Assembly (NCBI GenBank): GCA_963804645.1 | Contig: CAWDRG010000017.1 | Coordinates: forward strand, 704,001 to 768,000 | Direction of reading: 5' to 3' | Source: an uncultured Bacillota bacterium | GTDB taxonomy: Bacteria; Sysuimicrobiota; Sysuimicrobiia; Sysuimicrobiales; Segetimicrobiaceae | DNA length: 64,000 nt | Shown: positions 60,182-64,000 of the stretch, in pieces | Layout of the letters: each line of letters begins with the position of its first letter | Numbering within the stretch: the first letter of the stretch is position 1 | Translations under genes and position numbers: made by a program | Notes under the pieces: generated by a model | What the model was told of the DNA's origin: nothing | What the model saw: only the letters and a program-made list of their open reading frames with translations | Databases searched by the model: none

Positions 60182-62485
60182 GTGGCAGACCTAGCGGCGA
60201 TCCTCACGGGCGTCGGCGAGGCGCCCGCCGCTCCGTTCGTCCCGGCCCCGTTCCAGCGCGACGCGCTGGACGCGATTGGGCGGGGCGACGTCGTCGTCTC
60301 CGCGCCCACGGGCAGCGGAAAGACGTGGATCGCGGAGGAGCACATCGCGAGAACGCTCGCGGCCGCGGTGCAGGCGAAGACGGGGCCGCGCCGGGTCTGG
60401 TACACGACGCCGCTCAAAGCCCTATCGAACCAGAAGTTTCGGCGGTTCCAACGGCTGTACGGTGATACCTCGGTCGGCCTGCTCACGGGCGAGCGCCGGA
60501 TCAACGCCCGGGCGCCGGTGCTGGTCGCGACGACTGAGATCCTTCGGAACGTCCTCTACGACGCGCGCACGCAAGATGCGCCGCCGGGCACGATCGTGCT
60601 CGACGAGGCCCACTACCTCTCCGACCCCGAGCGGGGCACCGCGTGGGAGGAGATCCTGCTGCTCGCACCGCGGGAGACGCGCCTGCTCCTCCTGTCGGCA
60701 ACCATCCCAAACGCCGACGTCCTGGCCGCGTGGATGGGGACCGTCCGCGGGCGAGCGCCGGACGTGATCACCCTTGCGGAGCGTGCCGTTCCGCTCGCGG
60801 TCATCCTGACGGACGGGGCCGGGCAGCTGCTCGCGCCCGATCCCGGACGCGTGCGCACCCGGGCGCGCCAGCCGCGGTGGCTGCACGCGGTCAGCGACGC
60901 CCTGGACGCGCACCGCCTGACCCCGGCGATCCTGTTCTACCCAAGCCGGCGCGAGTGTGACGACGCGGCGCGCGCGCTCGGCTCCAAGACCGCCCCGCGC
61001 GCCGGGGAGCGTGCGGCGCGGATCGAGCAGTGGGTCGCGCGCACGCCCCAGCTCGCCACCCACCCGCTGCTGGCCCCGCTCCGCCGCGCCGGAGTGGCGT
61101 CCCATCACGCGGGGCACCTGACGAGCTGGCGGCTCCTCGTCGAGGAACTGCTCGAGGCCGGCCTCGTGCGCGTCGTCTGCGCGACCACGACGCTCGCCGC
61201 GGGGCTCGACGTGCCCGCGCGCACCGTCGTGCTGTCGACGCTGTACCGTCACGGCCCCGCCGGCTCGGAACCGCTCACGCCGACCGAGTTTCACCAGATG
61301 ACCGGCCGTGCCGGACGGCGCGGCCGGGACACGCTCGGGATCGCGGTCGTCGCCTGCGATACCCCGGAGGACGCCCGGGAGGGCCTGGCACTCGCGGATG
61401 CCTCGCCCGATCCCGTCGTCTCGAGATTCACGCCGTCCGACTCGCAGGTGCTCAACCTGCTGGCCCGCGCGCCGATTGCGGACGCCGAGGTCATGCTGCG
61501 CCGCTCGTTTGCCGCATTCCTGCGGGCTCCGGAGATCGCGGCCGCGCGCGCGCGGCTCGCGGCGCTGCCGCCGGACCCGCTCCGCGAGCGGCCCTGCGGC
61601 GACCGGCTCGCCACCCGGGCGAAGTTCGACGACCTCCTGCACCAGCTGCGGCGCGCGCGCCGGCGCAAGGAGGAGGCCGCGGACGAGATTGCGCGCCTCG
61701 GCCAGGCGGTCGTCGCCATGCCGTGCACCGGCTGCACCGTCGTCGACCGCTGCCTGAAGAGCCTCAAGGAACTCGCGATCACGGAACGAGAGCGCCGAGC
61801 GCTGCGCCGCGAACTCGCCGCGCTCGAAGACCGCGAGGTCGGCGAGTTTCGGGCGCGGGCCGGCATGCTGCGCGATCTCGGCTACCTCGACCAGGCCTAC
61901 CGGCTGACCGACGCCGGTCACACCGCGTCCCGCATCCGGCACCCGAGGATGCTGGTCATCGCGGAGGCGATCCGCGCGCGCATCTTCCCGACGAAACCGG
62001 CCGGGCTGGCGTCGGTCGCGGGTGCGCTCGGCACGGAACGGCTCGTCGTGCCGCGCATCCGCCCGCTCATCCGCCACGGCGCGGGGACCGGCCCCGCCCA
62101 GCGTGCGGCGGACCAGATGTGGGACGCCGGGCCCGCGCTCGAGGACGTCACTCGCGCGCTCGCGGCGCTCCGCCGGATCGTCGCGCGCCTCAACGCGGCG
62201 CGGCGGGACGCCGGGCTGCCGCCTGACCCGCTGGAGGACGAGCTGACGCCGACGGGCAGCCAACCCGCGCAGGCGATGTGGCGGGCCTCCGCCGTCGGCG
62301 CGTGGGCATCGGGACGGGCATGGGGAAGCATCACAGCACGCCACCACGTTCCTGACGGCGACCTGCAGCGCCTCATCTGGCAGGCCGCGGAGATTCTCAC
62401 GCAGATGGAGGACCTGCCCGGACATCTGCTCGTCGCCCCGGCCCGAGACGCGCGCACCGGCCTCCTGCGCGCGCCGGTGGTCTGA
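60182..62485 (+). CDS. Ski2/HelY-like DEAH RNA helicase
   Basis: APTGSGKT, TTPLKALSNQK, TTEILRN, DEAH, LSAT, HHAG, QMTGRAGRRG, and C-terminal DSHCT-like DGDLQR. Confidence 0.92.
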   Translation: MADLAAILTGVGEAPAAPFVPAPFQRDALDAIGRGDVVVSAPTGSGKTWIAEEHIARTLAAAVQAKTGPRRVWYTTPLKALSNQKFRRFQRLYGDTSVGLLTGERRINARAPVLVATTEILRNVLYDARTQDAPPGTIVLDEAHYLSDPERGTAWEEILLLAPRETRLLLLSATIPNADVLAAWMGTVRGRAPDVITLAERAVPLAVILTDGAGQLLAPDPGRVRTRARQPRWLHAVSDALDAHRLTPAILFYPSRRECDDAARALGSKTAPRAGERAARIEQWVARTPQLATHPLLAPLRRAGVASHHAGHLTSWRLLVEELLEAGLVRVVCATTTLAAGLDVPARTVVLSTLYRHGPAGSEPLTPTEFHQMTGRAGRRGRDTLGIAVVACDTPEDAREGLALADASPDPVVSRFTPSDSQVLNLLARAPIADAEVMLRRSFAAFLRAPEIAAARARLAALPPDPLRERPCGDRLATRAKFDDLLHQLRRARRRKEEAADEIARLGQAVVAMPCTGCTVVDRCLKSLKELAITERERRALRRELAALEDREVGEFRARAGMLRDLGYLDQAYRLTDAGHTASRIRHPRMLVIAEAIRARIFPTKPAGLASVAGALGTERLVVPRIRPLIRHGAGTGPAQRAADQMWDAGPALEDVTRALAALRRIVARLNAARRDAGLPPDPLEDELTPTGSQPAQAMWRASAVGAWASGRAWGSITARHHVPDGDLQRLIWQAAEILTQMEDLPGHLLVAPARDARTGLLRAPVV

Positions 62486-62532
62486 CGGCAGGATGGACGG
62501 GTCAACGCGCACCGCCCATGACGCCGGTCCCA

Positions 62533-62560
62533 ACAGGGACGGTCCCCGCCGCGGCGGAAT
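62533..62560 (+). promoter_or_regulatory. Putative sigmaH-like promoter ACAGGG-N18-GAAT
   Basis: 36 bp upstream of the CoA transferase start. Confidence 0.4.
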
Positions 62561-62596
62561 CTCTCCAGGGGGATCGACCACCCCGGCAGATCAACC

Positions 62597-63796
62597 ATGA
62601 CGACCGCATCCGGCCCGCTGACCGGCCTCACCGTCCTCGACCTCTCGACCATCGTCTCGGGGGGAACCGCGACATCCATGCTCGCGGACTTCGGCGCGCG
62701 CGTCATCAAGATCGAGCATCCCAAGGCCGGCGACCCGCTGCGGTCGTGGGGGCCGTTTGCCGGCGGCCAGTCGCTGTGGTGGAAGATCATGTCCCGAAAC
62801 AAGCAGTCGATCACGCTGAACCTGAGCCAGGCGCGCGGCCAGGAGCTCCTCGGGGCCATGACCGAGCGGGCCGATCTCCTCGTCGAAAACTTTCGCCCGG
62901 GCACGCTGGAACGATGGGGACTCGACCCGGACCGCCTGCGCGAGCGCGCCCCGCGGCTCATCGTCGTGCGCATCTCCGGCTTCGGACAGACCGGCCCGTA
63001 CCGGCACCGGCCGGGGTTTGGGACGATCGCCGAAGCGATGAGCGGGCTGGTCGCGATCAGCGGCTTTCCGGACTCGCCGCCGCTCGTCCCCGCGCTGCCG
63101 CTCGCCGACGAGATCGCCGGTCTCACGGGCGCCATGGCCGCGATGATGGCCGTCCATCATCGCGATGTCACCGGACGGGGCCAGATCGTCGACGTCAGCC
63201 TGTACGAACCGCTGTTCCGCCTGCTCGTGCCGTACGTGACCCAGTACCACTCGCTCGGGATCCGGGCGCAGCGGATCGGGAACGCCTTCCCGGACGCCGC
63301 GCCCCGCAACCTGTACCGGGCCCGCGATGACACGTGGATCGCCCTCTCGGCGACGAGCCAGCGCGTGTTCGAGCGGCTCGCCGCGGCGATCGAGCGGCCG
63401 GATCTCCTCTCCGACGCCCGGTTCGCGGACAACGCCGGACGCGTGCGGCACCGCGACGCGCTGGACGCGATCATCGCGGAGTGGATGGCCGCCCGCACCG
63501 GGGATGAGGCGCTCGCGCGCCTCGAGGAAAGCGGGGCCGTGGCCGGCCCCGTATACGACGTCCCGCGCATTCTCGAGGATCCCCACTACGCGGCCCGGGA
63601 CGATATCATCGCGGTACCCGACGCGGACGCCGGCGAACTGCGCATGGTCGGCGTCGTGCCGAAGTTCTCCGAGACTCCGGGCGCCGTGCGCACGGCCGGT
63701 CCGGCGCTCGGCGAGCACAACCGCGAGATCTACGGCGGGTGGCTTGGGCTCAGCGACGACGAGATCGCACGGCTTCACCACGAGGAGGTCATCTAA
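62597..63796 (+). CDS. Family III CoA transferase (CaiB/BaiF)
   Basis: PLTGL.VLDL, DFGA.VIKIE, RNKQS, ENFRPG, SGFGQTGPY, LAD (catalytic Asp), P.LGEH. Confidence 0.94.
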   Translation: MTTASGPLTGLTVLDLSTIVSGGTATSMLADFGARVIKIEHPKAGDPLRSWGPFAGGQSLWWKIMSRNKQSITLNLSQARGQELLGAMTERADLLVENFRPGTLERWGLDPDRLRERAPRLIVVRISGFGQTGPYRHRPGFGTIAEAMSGLVAISGFPDSPPLVPALPLADEIAGLTGAMAAMMAVHHRDVTGRGQIVDVSLYEPLFRLLVPYVTQYHSLGIRAQRIGNAFPDAAPRNLYRARDDTWIALSATSQRVFERLAAAIERPDLLSDARFADNAGRVRHRDALDAIIAEWMAARTGDEALARLEESGAVAGPVYDVPRILEDPHYAARDDIIAVPDADAGELRMVGVVPKFSETPGAVRTAGPALGEHNREIYGGWLGLSDDEIARLHHEEVI

Positions 63797-63797
63797 C

Positions 63798-64000
63798 ATG
63801 GCCACACGACGGCGGCCCACCCCGACGAAGCCTCAGCGACGCTCCCGCCCGGCCGCGCCGAAACCGGCGGCGCGGCGCGTGCGGACGCGGCGGGCCCCCG
63901 CCGCAACGCCCGCAGGCGCGCACGCCACCCGGACGCTCGCGGAGTGGGTCGCATCCCGCCACGCGTTCCCGGACGCGACGATCGCGATGGCCCGCCGGTG
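63798..64000 (+). CDS. Partial CDS, possibly MmgE/PrpD family
   Basis: ATG 1 bp after the upstream stop; basic extension, then TRTLAEWV....FPDATIAMARR. Truncated by the window end. Confidence 0.45.
   Translation, partial: MATRRRPTPTKPQRRSRPAAPKPAARRVRTRRAPAATPAGAHATRTLAEWVASRHAFPDATIAMARR

Noticed and set aside
60182..62485. Helicase as part of an anti-phage system
   Set aside because: Ordinary HelY/Ski2 architecture with no nuclease or other defence partner nearby.

Overview
A very GC-rich bacterial window (roughly 70% by eye) with no rRNA, tRNA or CRISPR seen. Scattered single-base frameshifts suggest a long-read or MAG assembly. It has four parts. (1) 1-34.9 kb is a regulator-free catabolic region for amino-acid or peptide derivatives: Dpp-type ABC components, five cytoplasmic M28/PA hydrolases of two subtypes, three PanE-like reductases, two OCD/mu-crystallin proteins, DAO/DadA flavoproteins, a SelA-like PLP enzyme coupled to YunC, a ThDP enzyme, CapA, an SDR and a GGT. 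(2) 27159-30476 is a decayed IS630-family element with intact inverted repeats and TA duplication; it carries an IS21-like end and cargo (secreted DUF4185 protein, gene fragments). (3) 35.0-52.3 kb is one co-oriented run: MerR-type HTH, iscS, nuoA-N, fixC, fixX. (4) 52.6-64 kb holds unknown genes plus housekeeping or metabolic genes (PHP phosphatase, Nudix, ferredoxin, ltaE, SufR-like regulator, HelY helicase, CoA transferase). The strongest leads are the repeated pairing of a canonical M28 (GEE) with a non-canonical one (GHSH), the SelA-like/YunC pair, complex I with orphan fixCX, a recurrent sigmaH-like promoter motif and an unknown three-gene operon. All family calls are by motif recognition; no searches were run.
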